This document shows, in pieces, positions 1 to 10,944 of a stretch of DNA of 64,000 nucleotides (within the stretch, counting starts at the first letter, position 1; each line of letters opens with the position of its first letter). The notes under the pieces were generated by a model. The model was not told where the DNA came from. It ran no database searches and saw only the letters and a program-made list of their open reading frames with translations. This DNA comes from Alphaproteobacteria bacterium (lineage in GTDB: Bacteria; Pseudomonadota; Alphaproteobacteria; GCA-2746255): positions 518,056 through 582,055 of the forward strand of contig OZ252220.1 of NCBI GenBank assembly GCA_965249135.1, in the 5' to 3' direction. The translations under genes were made by a program, and so were the position numbers.

Positions 1-1
1 C

Positions 2-481
2 ATGGCCAAGGACTTCACCCATTTCGACGCGAAGGGAAACGCCTCCATGGTCGATGTCACGGAAAAGGAAGAGACTGAACGCACGGCGATCGCCAAGGGC
101 TCGGTCCTCATGCAGCCCGAAACGCTCGCAAAAATCCAAGAGGGTGTCGTGAAAAAGGGCGACGTGCTTGCCGTGTCACGGCTTGCCGGCATCCAGGCGG
201 CCAAGCGAACGGCGGATTTGATCCCGCTTTGCCATCCGTTGCCCTTAACCTCGATCGAGCTTGAGCTTGATTGCGATCCATCGCGACAGGCCGTCGACAT
301 CACGGCGACCTGCAAGCTGAAGGCACGGACCGGGGTCGAGATGGAGGCGCTGACGGCGGTCTCGGTGGCGGCCTTGACCATCTACGACATGTGCAAGGCG
401 CTCGACCGTGCAATGAAGCTTACCGATATTCGCCTTGTCCATAAATCCGGAGGAAAATCCGGAACTTATGAATCATCTTGA
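2..481 (+). CDS. moaC: Cyclic pyranopterin monophosphate synthase MoaC (complete, 159 aa)
   Basis: The translation ([19 protein letters not shown]...[10 protein letters not shown]...) has the characteristic MoaC motifs and length. Confidence 0.9.
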   Translation: MAKDFTHFDAKGNASMVDVTEKEETERTAIAKGSVLMQPETLAKIQEGVVKKGDVLAVSRLAGIQAAKRTADLIPLCHPLPLTSIELELDCDPSRQAVDITATCKLKARTGVEMEALTAVSVAALTIYDMCKALDRAMKLTDIRLVHKSGGKSGTYESS

Positions 482-1695
482 TGATATCAGTTGAAGAAGC
501 GGTCGCAAAAATCCGGGCCAGCTTAAAGCCCCTTCCGGTGGAAAAAATTGCGCTTTCCGATGGCTTGAACCGCGTCCTTGCCGAGGATTTGGTGGCCGAG
601 CGGGATCAGCCGCCGCTCGCCGTCTCGGCGATGGATGGCTATGCCGTGCGCGCCGTCGATACCACCAGCGTGCCGGTGACCCTCTCCCAGATCGGCGAAA
701 GCCGGGCCGGCCTTGCCTTCGAAGGCAGCATCGGCGCAAACGAGGCGGTCCGTATCTTTACCGGCGCGCCCCTGCCGATTGGTGCGGATGCGATCGTCAT
801 CCAGGAGGTGACGGAACGGACCGAAGACCGCGTCCTCGTCAAGGAAGGGGTGCCAGAAGGGCATTTCGTCCGGCCGACCGGCCTTGATTTCCGCAAAGGC
901 GATATTCTCCTTCAGGCAGGGACTCCCCTCACCCCCCGCGCGCTGGGCCTGGCCGCGGCGATGAACCGGGCGTCGCTTGCCGTGCGGCGAAGGCCGAGAG
1001 TCGCCATCCTGAGCACGGGAGATGAGCTCGTCGAACCGGGCGGCACGTTGAAGCCGACGCAGAACGTGAATTCGAATGCGCACACGCTTTCCTCGCTCGT
1101 GCGTGTGCTGGGTGGCGAGCCGGTTCCGCTCGGCATTGCCCAGGATACCCGTTCCTCCCTGCTCGCGCTCGTGCAAGGGGCGGCAGAAGTGGACCTGCTC
1201 GTCACTTCCGGCGGCGCTTCCGTCGGCGACCACGACCTCGTGCGAAGCGTGCTTGGCGAGGAAGGTCTCGAGCTTGATTTCTGGGGCGTCGCCGCACGGC
1301 CTGGAAAACCCACCCTGTTTGGGCGCCTCAAGGGCACACCGCTGTTAGGCCTGCCCGGCAATCCGGTCTCGACGGTGGTGGGCGGGATCCTTTTCCTGCG
1401 CCCAGCCCTTGAAGCCTTGCTCGGCGTGCCTGCCGGCACGGAACCGCCGGAGCAGGCCAAGCTCACCGTGGCCTTGGAAAGGAACGGCCCGAGAGCGGCC
1501 TATTTGAGCGCCAAAAGCGAGCGCGAAGTGGACGGGAGTCACCGCGTTACCCCCTTTCCCCAACAGGACAGCTCGATGCTGGCCCAGGTCGTCGCCGCGG
1601 ATTGCCTGGTCATCCGGCCGGCCGACGCGCCCGCCGCCAGCGCCGGGGAGAGCGTCGAAATACTCCGGCTGATCGGGGGGCTGATCGGGGGCTGA
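478..1695 (+). CDS. moeA: Molybdopterin molybdenumtransferase MoeA
   Basis: The 405-aa ORF has MoeA-like sequence throughout (e.g. [15 protein letters not shown]). It overlaps the moaC stop by 4 nt. Confidence 0.9.
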   Translation: MMISVEEAVAKIRASLKPLPVEKIALSDGLNRVLAEDLVAERDQPPLAVSAMDGYAVRAVDTTSVPVTLSQIGESRAGLAFEGSIGANEAVRIFTGAPLPIGADAIVIQEVTERTEDRVLVKEGVPEGHFVRPTGLDFRKGDILLQAGTPLTPRALGLAAAMNRASLAVRRRPRVAILSTGDELVEPGGTLKPTQNVNSNAHTLSSLVRVLGGEPVPLGIAQDTRSSLLALVQGAAEVDLLVTSGGASVGDHDLVRSVLGEEGLELDFWGVAARPGKPTLFGRLKGTPLLGLPGNPVSTVVGGILFLRPALEALLGVPAGTEPPEQAKLTVALERNGPRAAYLSAKSEREVDGSHRVTPFPQQDSSMLAQVVAADCLVIRPADAPAASAGESVEILRLIGGLIGG

Positions 1696-1766
1696 TCGGG
1701 TTCGCCGCCGGCCTTTCGCCCAAAAGCAAGGCGATTGGGGCTGCCGGACCCCTTGACGCGCAACCA

Positions 1767-1781
1767 GAACCAAAGTAGAAC
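1767..1781 (+). promoter_or_regulatory. Alphaproteobacterial LexA/SOS box GAAC-N7-GAAC upstream of lexA
   Basis: GAACCAAAGTAGAAC lies about 57 nt upstream of the lexA start and exactly fits the GAAC-N7-GAAC direct-repeat consensus. Confidence 0.7.
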
Positions 1782-1790
1782 ATGCAAAAG

Positions 1791-1805
1791 GTTTTCCTTT
1801 TGTTC
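1791..1805 (+). promoter_or_regulatory. Second, imperfect LexA box (GTTT-N7-GTTC, inverted orientation)
   Basis: GTTTTCCTTTTGTTC has one mismatch to GTTC-N7-GTTC. Tandem boxes are typical of alphaproteobacterial lexA promoters. Confidence 0.4.
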
Positions 1806-1837
1806 TATCCCGAATGGCGGCTGCCAAGGGGCGTGCG

Positions 1838-2542
1838 ATGTTGACGAACAAGCAGCATGAACTCCTGACCTTCATCCACCGGCGTCTCGACGAAACCGGC
1901 GTCGCACCGTCCTTCGACGAGATGAAGACGGCACTTAAATTAAAATCGAAATCCGGAATCCACCGCCTCATCACGGCGCTCGAAGAGCGCGGATTCATCC
2001 GGCGCCTGCCGCACCGGGCGCGCGCACTCGAAGTATTGAAACTACCGGAAACCGCCGCCGGCCCACGCACACTCGCCACGAAAACCGGTCATCCCGGCAA
2101 AGTGATCCGTGGCAATTTCCGCCCCTCGCACGACGGCGAGGCGGACGAAGCCGGCAGCGCGCCAGTGGAGCTGCCCCTTTTCGGGCGTATCGCCGCCGGC
2201 ATGCCGATCGAAGCCCTTCGCGATCCAACCTCGACGATCGAAGTCCCCGGTAGCCTACTGGGTGCCGGCAATCACTATGCCCTCGAAGTGGCCGGCGATT
2301 CGATGATCGATGCCGGCATTTATGACGGCGACACCGCCGTGATCGAGGAATGCGACACGGCGGAAAGCGGCAGTATCGTCGTGGCGCTCATCGACAACGA
2401 GGAAGTCACGCTAAAACGGCTGCGTCGAAAAGGTGCCTCCATCGCGCTTGAGCCCGCGAACCAACATTACGAAACGCGGATTTTCGGCAAGGACCGCGTT
2501 CACATCCAAGGCAAACTCATCGGCCTCTACCGTCAGTACTAA
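1838..2542 (+). CDS. lexA: LexA repressor
   Basis: The [18 protein letters not shown]-terminus and the C-terminal S24 peptidase domain ([13 protein letters not shown]) match LexA. The start is taken at the conserved MLT..KQ Met, and SOS boxes lie upstream. Confidence 0.9.
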   Translation: MLTNKQHELLTFIHRRLDETGVAPSFDEMKTALKLKSKSGIHRLITALEERGFIRRLPHRARALEVLKLPETAAGPRTLATKTGHPGKVIRGNFRPSHDGEADEAGSAPVELPLFGRIAAGMPIEALRDPTSTIEVPGSLLGAGNHYALEVAGDSMIDAGIYDGDTAVIEECDTAESGSIVVALIDNEEVTLKRLRRKGASIALEPANQHYETRIFGKDRVHIQGKLIGLYRQY

Positions 2543-4701
2543 TTCTTCTTTCGCCTTTCGGGAGCCGGTACCCAGGGGCGTTCCCCGCGTATTTCGCGCA
2601 CGTTTTGGACGCGCACGGTCTCCTCTCCAAGCCAGATCGCATGTCCCCCCTTCCGCCACAGATCGAAGCGGTCGATCACGACCGCAGCCCCTTGGCAAAT
2701 TTGCCCACGCACCGGCTCGCGGCTGACGACGACGGAAGCCAGGGCGCAATCCTCGGCCAACGCGCCAGGATCGAAGACCAAGGCGACCACCTGGCCATGC
2801 AGCCGGTAGACGCAGCCCAGCTCGTCGCAGGCAAGCCTGCCGTCCTCGCTCTTCCCCTCCTTCGGCCAAGGCAGGGGATCGGTCTCGCCGGCAAGGCGCA
2901 GCCAGTCCCGTCCGGCAAGCCGGGCGGATCGGCGGGAGGAAAGCCGATAGCCGCCCAATTCCGCGCGCACGGCGAAGAGCTTCCCATCGTCTGAAACGAG
3001 CACGTCCGGCGGCCGCGCCAGGCCGATCGTCAAAAGCCCGAGCGCAATGCCGAGCGCCCCGAAATAGCGCCAGTTGCCCCGCCACAGGCAAAGCCAGAGG
3101 CCGCCCAGTGTGAGCGCCGTAAGCCCCACCGCCGTCATCGAAGGCAAAAGTGCGACCGAACCCGGCCAGTTTGCCACCATGCGTGCCGTTCCGATCACCG
3201 CTTCGACTCCCCACCCCATCGGGACGAGCGCCAGCGTTTCAAGCCCGAACGGCATGAGCAGGAAGGCCACCACCGCCCAGGGCATGACCCAAAGGGCGGT
3301 GACGGGCACGGCAATCAGGTTTGCCGCGAGTCCGTATTCGGCGAAGCGGTTGAAGTGTTGAATGGCAAACGGCGCGGTGGCCAGTCCGGCAACGAGCGTC
3401 GTAAGCCCCACGCCGGCCAGATAAAGGCCGGCATGGCGAAACATGCCGCCGGCCGCCTTCCCCCGGATCCACGGCCGGCGAATCGCTTCGTAGACGGCGA
3501 CGAGCGCGACGACGGCTGCGAAGGAAAGCTGGAAGGATGCGCCAAGCAGCGCGTCTGGCTGCAACAGGAGAACCACGAATGCCGCCCAGGCGACCAGGCG
3601 CATCGAGATGCCGGTCCGGTCCAGCAGCACGGCGAGCAGCACGAGGCCGATCATAAGAAACGCACGTTGGGTCGGAATCGTCGCTCCCGAAATCAGGAGG
3701 TAGAAGAAGGCCCCGAAAAGGGCCGCGATGGCCGCCCACTTCTTGATGTGAAAGCGCAGGGCAATGGGTACTGCCAAGGCCAGGAGCGCACGGATGCCGA
3801 TGAACAGGATACTGGCGACCAACCCGATGTGCAGGCCCGAAATCGCAAGCAGATGGGCAAGCCCCGAATCCCGCATGGCGGCCAGGACGTCCTTGGTAAT
3901 CGACCCTCGCTTGCCGGTCATGAGGGCGGCCGCCACGGCCCCGGCCTGGCCGGAAAGCGCCGCCGTCACCCGGTCGAAGACCTTCTGGCGGATCTTCTCG
4001 ATCCAACTTTCGAGGCCGCCCGCTTCCTTTCCGGCTTCCGTCTCGGACCCCTCCAGCGGCCCGATCGCAAAGCCGACGGCGCCCAACCCGTCGAAGAAGG
4101 CGTAGCGTTGAAAGTCGAAATGGCCGGGCGCCGTTGGGGCGCGGGGTGGCAGGAGCATGGCACGGACATGCACCCGCTTGCCGATACCGAGCGCTTCTCG
4201 TTGCTGATCCCGGCGAAGACGGATGCGCACACGCTTTGGCGTTTGCTCACGCGCGACCCCTTCGATACGGGGCTCGCCAAGTGTCACGCGAAAGGTATTC
4301 GGAAGAACGTCGAAATGCTCGATGCGGCCTTCGACGCGAATCATTCGCGTCTCCTTTTCGAGGACCGGTGCCGTCACCAGCAGGGTCCGAACCTTCGCCG
4401 CAGAAAAACCTGTCCCGACAACGGCCAGGGCCAGAAAAAGAAGGAACAGCCGCTCACGTTTCCATGAAAAACCAAGGCCTAAAAGCGGCACGCCCGCCGC
4501 GAGAAGCGCCAGCCAGAGTGGCGGCTCGACCGCCAACAAAAAATAGATTGCGATTCCAAAGCCGAGTCCGACCGGCAACCATAACGGCCAGTTCTCCCGT
4601 TCCCTGGCCAGGTTTGCTGCGATGAAGCGAAACGGGCCGGGCAGAAGCCGCGGCCCTTTCACCGAAATTTCCATGGATTTGCTGGTGTCGTCCGGGTCCA
4701 T
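2539..4701 (-). CDS. comEC: ComEC/Rec2 family competence (DNA internalisation) membrane protein
   Basis: This 720-aa polytopic membrane protein has a ComEC competence domain (…[14 protein letters not shown]…). It converges on and overlaps lexA, which is a conserved neighbourhood in Rhizobiales. Confidence 0.8.
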   Translation of the reverse strand: MDPDDTSKSMEISVKGPRLLPGPFRFIAANLARERENWPLWLPVGLGFGIAIYFLLAVEPPLWLALLAAGVPLLGLGFSWKRERLFLLFLALAVVGTGFSAAKVRTLLVTAPVLEKETRMIRVEGRIEHFDVLPNTFRVTLGEPRIEGVAREQTPKRVRIRLRRDQQREALGIGKRVHVRAMLLPPRAPTAPGHFDFQRYAFFDGLGAVGFAIGPLEGSETEAGKEAGGLESWIEKIRQKVFDRVTAALSGQAGAVAAALMTGKRGSITKDVLAAMRDSGLAHLLAISGLHIGLVASILFIGIRALLALAVPIALRFHIKKWAAIAALFGAFFYLLISGATIPTQRAFLMIGLVLLAVLLDRTGISMRLVAWAAFVVLLLQPDALLGASFQLSFAAVVALVAVYEAIRRPWIRGKAAGGMFRHAGLYLAGVGLTTLVAGLATAPFAIQHFNRFAEYGLAANLIAVPVTALWVMPWAVVAFLLMPFGLETLALVPMGWGVEAVIGTARMVANWPGSVALLPSMTAVGLTALTLGGLWLCLWRGNWRYFGALGIALGLLTIGLARPPDVLVSDDGKLFAVRAELGGYRLSSRRSARLAGRDWLRLAGETDPLPWPKEGKSEDGRLACDELGCVYRLHGQVVALVFDPGALAEDCALASVVVSREPVRGQICQGAAVVIDRFDLWRKGGHAIWLGEETVRVQNVREIRGERPWVPAPERRKKN

Positions 4702-4788
4702 CCCAGGCTACCTACTGCAAGCTCGATCCGAATGTGTTAAACACGCGAGAGCAGCCTACTTTACAAATTCCTTCACGCATCGAAAAGC

Positions 4789-6201
4789 ATGTCCGTCGTT
4801 ACTCGTTTCGCACCGAGCCCAACCGGCTACCTCCACATCGGAGGCGCGCGAACGGCGCTTTTCAACTGGCTCTATGCGCGCCATCACAACGGTACGTTCC
4901 TGCTTCGAATCGAAGACACGGACCGCCTGCGCTCGACCAAGGAAGCCATCGACGCGATTTTCAACGCGCTTCATTGGTTGGAACTGGACCCCGACGAAGA
5001 GCCCGTCTACCAAACGTCGCGGATGGACCGGCACGTCGAGGTGGCAAACAGCCTGCTTGCCGACGGGCTCGCTTATTACTGTTATTGCACGGAAGAAGAG
5101 CTTGCCAAAATGCGGGCGGCCGCAAAGCAGGAAGGAAGACCGATTCGCTACGATGGCCGCTGGCGCGACCGGGACTCTTCGACAGCACTTCCGGATGCGA
5201 AGCCAACCGTCCGTTTCAAGGCCCCGCTCGACGGCGCCACCGTTCTTAAAGATCTAATCCAGGACGAAGTGAAAGTTGAAAACGCACAACTCGACGACAT
5301 GGTGCTCCTTCGTGCGGACGGCTCACCCACCTATATGCTTTCTGCGGTCGTGGACGATCACGACATGGGAATCACGCACGTTATCCGCGGCGATGACCAT
5401 TTGACGAATGCGTTTCGTCAAACTCAATTATACCGCGCGCTTTCATGGCCGGTGCCTGAATTTGCGCATATGTCTCTCATCCACGCACCGGATGGATCGA
5501 AACTTTCCAAGCGCCACGGCGCGATCGGGGTCGCCGCTTACCGGGAGATGGGCCTTCTTCCGGAGGCGCTTCGCAACTACCTGCTTCGTCTTGGATGGAG
5601 TCATGGCGATGACGAAATCATCTCCACGGCCCGTGCCATCGAATGGTTCGATCTTGACGCCGCCGGTCGTTCGTCGGCGCGCGTCGACATGCAGAAACTC
5701 GAATACCTGAACGGCCATTACTTGCGGGAGGCGGAAGATCGGCGCTTGGTTGGACTCATCGCGCCAAAGATCGAAGGAACCTTGGATCAGAAGCTCGCAA
5801 GCGGGGACGAGAAAAAACTCCTTCAGGCGATGGGGGGCTTAAAAATGCGTGCGAAGAATTTGAACGAGCTTGCCGAACACGCCGTCTTTTACGTGCGTAC
5901 GCGGCCCATTTCGCTTGATGAAAAGGCCGCAAAAATACTGGACGAAGCCGGGCGTCAGCGTCTTGCAAAAGTGGGGGCGAAGCTTGCGGCGCTGGATTCC
6001 TGGACGGAGGACGCCCTGGAAGCCGCCATCCAGGAATATGCAAAAGTCGAGGACGTGAAGCTCGGGAAGGTTGCCCAGCCGCTCAGGGCGGCACTCACCG
6101 GCAGCACCATATCGCCGGGAATCTTCGAGGTTATGGCGATCCTTGGAAAGGTCGAAACTCTAGACCGTTTGCGCGACGTAGCCCCCTGGGATACTTTATA
6201 G
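4789..6201 (+). CDS. gltX: Glutamate--tRNA ligase
   Basis: Class I aminoacyl-tRNA synthetase with the HIGG-like motif (RFAPSPTGYLHIGGARTALFNW) and KLSKR; 470 aa. Confidence 0.95.
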   Translation: MSVVTRFAPSPTGYLHIGGARTALFNWLYARHHNGTFLLRIEDTDRLRSTKEAIDAIFNALHWLELDPDEEPVYQTSRMDRHVEVANSLLADGLAYYCYCTEEELAKMRAAAKQEGRPIRYDGRWRDRDSSTALPDAKPTVRFKAPLDGATVLKDLIQDEVKVENAQLDDMVLLRADGSPTYMLSAVVDDHDMGITHVIRGDDHLTNAFRQTQLYRALSWPVPEFAHMSLIHAPDGSKLSKRHGAIGVAAYREMGLLPEALRNYLLRLGWSHGDDEIISTARAIEWFDLDAAGRSSARVDMQKLEYLNGHYLREAEDRRLVGLIAPKIEGTLDQKLASGDEKKLLQAMGGLKMRAKNLNELAEHAVFYVRTRPISLDEKAAKILDEAGRQRLAKVGAKLAALDSWTEDALEAAIQEYAKVEDVKLGKVAQPLRAALTGSTISPGIFEVMAILGKVETLDRLRDVAPWDTL

Positions 6202-6309
6202 ATCGGGAAAACGCACCCTTCTGGCGTGGCAGAATACGTCTTGAAGGCGTAGCGAAAGCCTTTACAAGAATATCGCCAAGCAAGGGCCCCTTCGGGAAGG
6301 AAGGCTGGA

Positions 6310-7632
6310 ATGAACAAGAAGAATGCCGAATCGGGAGCTGGCGGTTCCTTTACCCTGATCGACAACAAAACGAACAAAAAATACGAACTACCAACCATCG
6401 ACGGGACGGATGGGCCTTCCGTCATCGATGTTCGCAAGGTCTATGTCGAAACCGGCTGCTTTACCTACGACCCCGGATTCACCTCTACTGCCAGCTGTGA
6501 TTCGAAGATCACCTTTATTGACGGCGAGGCCGGCATCCTTAGCTATCGCGGCTACCCGATCCAGGAGCTGGCCGAAAAGAGCGATTACCTGGAGGTTTGT
6601 TACCTCCTCCTCCATGGCGAGCTTCCGAACGCCGCCGAGAAGGAAGAATTCGTACACAACATCACCTATCACACGATGCTGGACGAGCGGATCCTCTTTT
6701 TCTTCCGGGGCTTCCCGCGCGCCGCTCATCCCATGGCCGTAATCTGCGGCGTCGTCGGCGCACTTTCTGCTTTCTACCATGACAATCTCGACTTCAACGA
6801 TAAGCAACAGCGGATCATTGCTTCGCACCGGCTAATCGCAAAACTGCCGACGATTGCAGCAATGGCTTACAAATATTCGCTTGGCCAGCCCTTCATCTAT
6901 CCGCGCAACGAGCTGACCTATTGTGAAAACTTTCTCCGCATGATGTTCGCGGTTCCCTGCGAGGACTACAAAATAAACCCGGTGCTCGCCAAGGCCTTGG
7001 ACAAGATTTTCATTCTCCATGCCGACCACGAACAAAATGCTTCCACCTCGACCGTACGGCTTGCCGGGTCGACGGGCGCCAATCCGTTTGCCTGCGTTTC
7101 CGCCGGGATCGCATCGCTCTGGGGGCCGGCACATGGCGGGGCGAACGAAGCCGTCCTCAATATGCTGCATGAGATCGGATCAAAAGATCGCGTGCCGGAT
7201 TTCATCAAACGTGCGAAGGACAAGAATGACCCCTTCCGTCTGATGGGGTTTGGCCATCGGGTGTACAAGAACTACGATCCGCGCGCCGCGGTCCTCCGAA
7301 GCTCGGCTCACGAGGTGCTCGATGATCTCAATGTCAGGGACGAGCCACTCCTTGAATTGGCGATGGAACTTGAACGCATCGCCCTTGAGGATGACTACTT
7401 CGTCGAAAAGAAACTTTTCCCGAACGTCGATTTCTATTCCGGAATCATCCTGAAGGCGATGGGAATTCCAACCTCCATGTTTACCGTCATGTTCGCGCTG
7501 GGGCGCACGGTGGGATGGATCGCCCAGTGGAATGAAATGGTCGAGGATCCCGAGCAGAAAATCGGCCGCCCAAGGCAATTGTATACGGGCGCCAAGGAAC
7601 GTGCCTTCGTGCCCATCGAAAAGCGAAAATAG
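6310..7632 (+). CDS. gltA: Citrate synthase
   Basis: 440-aa ORF with [24 protein letters not shown] and GFGHRVYK motifs. Confidence 0.95.
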   Translation: MNKKNAESGAGGSFTLIDNKTNKKYELPTIDGTDGPSVIDVRKVYVETGCFTYDPGFTSTASCDSKITFIDGEAGILSYRGYPIQELAEKSDYLEVCYLLLHGELPNAAEKEEFVHNITYHTMLDERILFFFRGFPRAAHPMAVICGVVGALSAFYHDNLDFNDKQQRIIASHRLIAKLPTIAAMAYKYSLGQPFIYPRNELTYCENFLRMMFAVPCEDYKINPVLAKALDKIFILHADHEQNASTSTVRLAGSTGANPFACVSAGIASLWGPAHGGANEAVLNMLHEIGSKDRVPDFIKRAKDKNDPFRLMGFGHRVYKNYDPRAAVLRSSAHEVLDDLNVRDEPLLELAMELERIALEDDYFVEKKLFPNVDFYSGIILKAMGIPTSMFTVMFALGRTVGWIAQWNEMVEDPEQKIGRPRQLYTGAKERAFVPIEKRK

Positions 7633-7669
7633 GCCGCACACATTCGTTCTTCAAATTGGATGGTTTGGC

Positions 7670-8872
7670 CTAAGTCGATTGGCTCGATAGAGCCTTCGCG
7701 CGAGCTTCCAAAAACTGCAGAATTGCGTTTGCCGCCCGACGGGAAGGAAGCCCACCCCCCTCCCCCAACTGCAAGAGCGCCTCTTTTACTTCCTGTTTTT
7801 GGGCTTGCCGCACCTTGGGGTCCTGCAACAGGCGAATGAGCGTATCCGCCAGTGCCTTCGGATTGCAGTTCTCCTGCAAAAGTTCCGGCACCACCTCCCG
7901 GCCCAGGATGACGTTGACGAGTGCGACATGGCGAACGCTGAGCATCCGGCGAAGCAGCCACGCGGTAATCGGATTCACCCGGTAGGCAACCACCATCGGA
8001 AGGCCGGCCCGCGCGACCTCAACGGTCGCCGTGCCAGAAGCGACAACGGCGATCTCGCTTGCCGCGAGCGCATCCCACATCTCGTGGCGATCCGTCACGA
8101 CGACGGTGGGCACCGGCCAGTTTTTGGCCGCTTCCCTTACCTCTGTCTCGACGGGTGAAACGGTTGGAACGACCGCCTGCAAGCTTGGGTAGCGCTCCTT
8201 CAACAATACCAGCGCCTCGCCAAATACCGGTAACAGCCGGGACGTTTCGGAGTGACGGCTGCCCGGCAGCATGGCGATCACCGGCGCCAGCGATGGGATG
8301 CGATGGCGCTCGCGAAAAGCGGGGCCATCCCCGGTTCCGGCTCCGGATTCGATGGCGGAATGGCCAACGGCAATGCTGGGCAAGCCCACCCTTTCAAAGA
8401 TCGGCGGCTCGAAGGGAAGCAGCGTCAGCAACAAGTCGTTTACCCGGGCGAGTTTTCTCGCACGTCGTGGTTTCCAAGCCCACACTTGCGGCGCCACGTA
8501 ATGAATGACCGGAATGTTCAAACCTGAAAGCCGCTTGGCGACGTGATAGCTAAAGGTTGGCGTATCAATCGTGACAACGGCAACCGGCCGTTCGTTTGCG
8601 ATGGCCGCAACGGTTTCGCGAAGACGGCGCAATAGGATTGGCAGATGGGGGAGAATTTCCGTAATCCCGATCAGCGCGATGTCGCGCATCGGAAAGAGCG
8701 GATCCAGTTTTTCCGCCACCATGGCGTCCCCTCCGACGCCACGGAAATGGGCATGCCCGCCGAGCCGATCGCGTAGCGCCACCATCAGCCGCGCGCCGAG
8801 ACGATCCCCGGATGGCTCGCCGGCAATTACAAAAAAAAGTGGCGCGCCTTCTTCAGTGCGACCGTCCGGCAT
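7670..8872 (-). CDS. lpxB: Lipid-A-disaccharide synthase
   Basis: 400-aa GT-B fold protein beginning FVIAGEPSGDRLGARLM, in a conserved lpx cluster. Confidence 0.9.
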   Translation of the reverse strand: MPDGRTEEGAPLFFVIAGEPSGDRLGARLMVALRDRLGGHAHFRGVGGDAMVAEKLDPLFPMRDIALIGITEILPHLPILLRRLRETVAAIANERPVAVVTIDTPTFSYHVAKRLSGLNIPVIHYVAPQVWAWKPRRARKLARVNDLLLTLLPFEPPIFERVGLPSIAVGHSAIESGAGTGDGPAFRERHRIPSLAPVIAMLPGSRHSETSRLLPVFGEALVLLKERYPSLQAVVPTVSPVETEVREAAKNWPVPTVVVTDRHEMWDALAASEIAVVASGTATVEVARAGLPMVVAYRVNPITAWLLRRMLSVRHVALVNVILGREVVPELLQENCNPKALADTLIRLLQDPKVRQAQKQEVKEALLQLGEGGGLPSRRAANAILQFLEARAKALSSQST

Positions 8873-9690
8873 TATGCCACCGTAATCCCAACAAGAAAAA
8901 GATCGGCGGCATCGGCAGCGGCGATAACCGAGTCCCGGTCGATAATAAGCGAGCCGCCCGCTTCGATGGCGATTCCGCGAAGGCCTGCCTGGGCGGCGGC
9001 CTTTACGGTGGCGATGCCGATGGTCGGCAAATCCGCCCTGGCATCCTGTTCCGGCTTTTTGATTTTTACCAGGACGCCACCGGGTCCTTCGCGCTGCAGG
9101 CTTCCCGTTCGCGCAATCAGCGCGTCCGTTCCTTCGATGGCCTCCACGCCGAGTGCGATGCCCTGCTGAACGACAACCGCCTGGCCGACGTCAAAGGAAC
9201 CGGTTGCACGGGCAACCTCGACACCATAATCGATGTCCGATTCGGCCTGCGCATCCGGTGCGACTCTTCCGAGCACGCCTTGCGGCGTCAGTAGATCATC
9301 AAAGACGTCTTCGGCCCCGACCACGCGAAATCCTTCCTCTTCCAGCTCCCGTATCGCCGTGCGAAGCAGGCCGTCGTCCCTTAAGGCGGCAACGCCCGCC
9401 TTTGCCAACAGTCGTGCCCCACGCATGTCGGGGCGTAACGAGCCAAGGGATGGGCGGCCCACCGGTCCCGCTAGGACGAGTTCTTCGACGCCCGCTTCAT
9501 GCAAGAACTTGATGGCGGCCCCGACAGCGCCAAGACGCACCCAGGCATGTGGCACGGCTTCAACGGTTTTCGGGTCCGTGTGTCCCTTGAAAGCAAGGAC
9601 AAAGCATTCCCTTCCCTTCGACCGGCACGCTTCGACGACACGGGCAGGCAATGCGCCGCCACCGGCAATAATCCCTAGCTTATTCGACAT
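8872..9690 (-). CDS. lpxI: UDP-2,3-diacylglucosamine hydrolase LpxI (DUF1009)
   Basis: The MSNKLGIIAGGGALP N-terminus and its position between lpxA and lpxB fit LpxI. The ORF-track N-terminal extension is rejected because it overlaps lpxA. Confidence 0.8.
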   Translation of the reverse strand: MSNKLGIIAGGGALPARVVEACRSKGRECFVLAFKGHTDPKTVEAVPHAWVRLGAVGAAIKFLHEAGVEELVLAGPVGRPSLGSLRPDMRGARLLAKAGVAALRDDGLLRTAIRELEEEGFRVVGAEDVFDDLLTPQGVLGRVAPDAQAESDIDYGVEVARATGSFDVGQAVVVQQGIALGVEAIEGTDALIARTGSLQREGPGGVLVKIKKPEQDARADLPTIGIATVKAAAQAGLRGIAIEAGGSLIIDRDSVIAAADAADLFLVGITVA

Positions 9691-10483
9691 GCCCCGCCTT
9701 GGGCTGACAAATGGACCGTGAGGAATCTTCCTGGATAAAGCCGATAATGTCCTGAACGACTTCATTGTTTTCAAACAGTTCCGAGACGTCTGCAAGGCGC
9801 TCCGCCAGGGTCCCTTCTTCTGCAAACAACAGACGGTAGGCATTGCGAAGCGTGTGAATCGCGTCCCGCGAGAAACCTCTGCGTTTAAGTCCGATGATGT
9901 TGAGGCCGCTCAGATGCGCCCGATTTCCCATCACCGAACCATAGGGAATGACATCGTTTTCGACACCAGACATACCGCCCACCATGGCGTGTTTTCCGAC
10001 GCGTACATATTGGTGAACCGCGGACAGGCCGCCGATAATAACGTAGTCGCCAAGTTTCACATGTCCGCCCAGGGTCCCGTTGTTCGCCATCACGACGTAA
10101 TCGCCGATCTTGCAGTCGTGTGCCACGTGAGAGGCGATCATAAACAGACCGTGGCTGCCAACGCTGGTGAGCAAACCGCCACCTTCCGTTCCAGGATTCA
10201 TCGTCACATGTTCACGAATCACGTTATGACTGCCGATGGTAAGCTTGGAGGGCTCACCCTTGTATTTCATGTCTTGTGGTGGGTGGCCGATCGATGCAAA
10301 GGGGTAGATGCGCGTCTTCTCGCCGATTTTCGTGCGCCCATCTACGCTTACATGGGCTTCCAGCGTGACTTCATCGCCAAGTTCAACGTCTGTGCCGACG
10401 CAACAATAGGGACCGATGCGCACATCCTTGCCCAGCGTTGCCCCCGGCGCCACGATTGCAGTGAGGTGGATGTCGGTGGCCAT
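9680..10483 (-). CDS. lpxA: Acyl-ACP--UDP-GlcNAc O-acyltransferase
   Basis: 267-aa protein built of left-handed beta-helix hexapeptide repeats, lying after fabZ. Confidence 0.9.
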   Translation of the reverse strand: MATDIHLTAIVAPGATLGKDVRIGPYCCVGTDVELGDEVTLEAHVSVDGRTKIGEKTRIYPFASIGHPPQDMKYKGEPSKLTIGSHNVIREHVTMNPGTEGGGLLTSVGSHGLFMIASHVAHDCKIGDYVVMANNGTLGGHVKLGDYVIIGGLSAVHQYVRVGKHAMVGGMSGVENDVIPYGSVMGNRAHLSGLNIIGLKRRGFSRDAIHTLRNAYRLLFAEEGTLAERLADVSELFENNEVVQDIIGFIQEDSSRSICQPKAGHVE

Positions 10484-10944
10484 CAGCGATCCAAGATCAT
10501 TGCGGTGAACGTCGCTTCCGCCATCACCTGACCTTCCACCTGGGCAACGGCGCGGAATTTCCAGACATTCGCCCAGCTCTGCTGCTTTTCGACGACCAGG
10601 CGCAACTGATCCCCCGGCGTCACCGGCCTGCGGAAGCGGGCGTTGTCGATCGACATGAAAAAAACCAGTTTGCCTTCCGCCGCCGAGCCTAAGCTATGAA
10701 CCACCAAACCGGCTGCCGTTTGTGCCATGGATTCGATAATCAAGACCCCGGGCATCACGGGCTCGTGCGGGAAATGGCCCTGAAAATGCGGCTCGTTGGC
10801 CGTCACATTTTTGATACCCGTCGCGCTTTCACCCGGCACCACGTCGACCAGACGATCGATCATAAGAAACGGGTAGCGATGCGGCAGCATTTCCATGACC
10901 CGCAGAATGTCGAGATCCTCGCCTTTCTTCTTCTTATCCGTCAC
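10483..10944 (-). CDS. fabZ: 3-hydroxyacyl-ACP dehydratase FabZ
   Basis: 153-aa hotdog-fold protein with [13 protein letters not shown] and [12 protein letters not shown] motifs. Confidence 0.95.
   Translation of the reverse strand: MTDKKKKGEDLDILRVMEMLPHRYPFLMIDRLVDVVPGESATGIKNVTANEPHFQGHFPHEPVMPGVLIIESMAQTAAGLVVHSLGSAAEGKLVFFMSIDNARFRRPVTPGDQLRLVVEKQQSWANVWKFRAVAQVEGQVMAEATFTAMILDR

Noticed and set aside
523-1233. Numerous 60-330-aa ORFs antisense to or overlapping moeA, comEC, dnaE, nuo genes, lon, the intron and others.
   Set aside because: They are out-of-frame or antisense open frames expected in 60% GC DNA. They have Arg/Pro/Gly-rich composition, no motifs, and overlap well-supported conserved genes.
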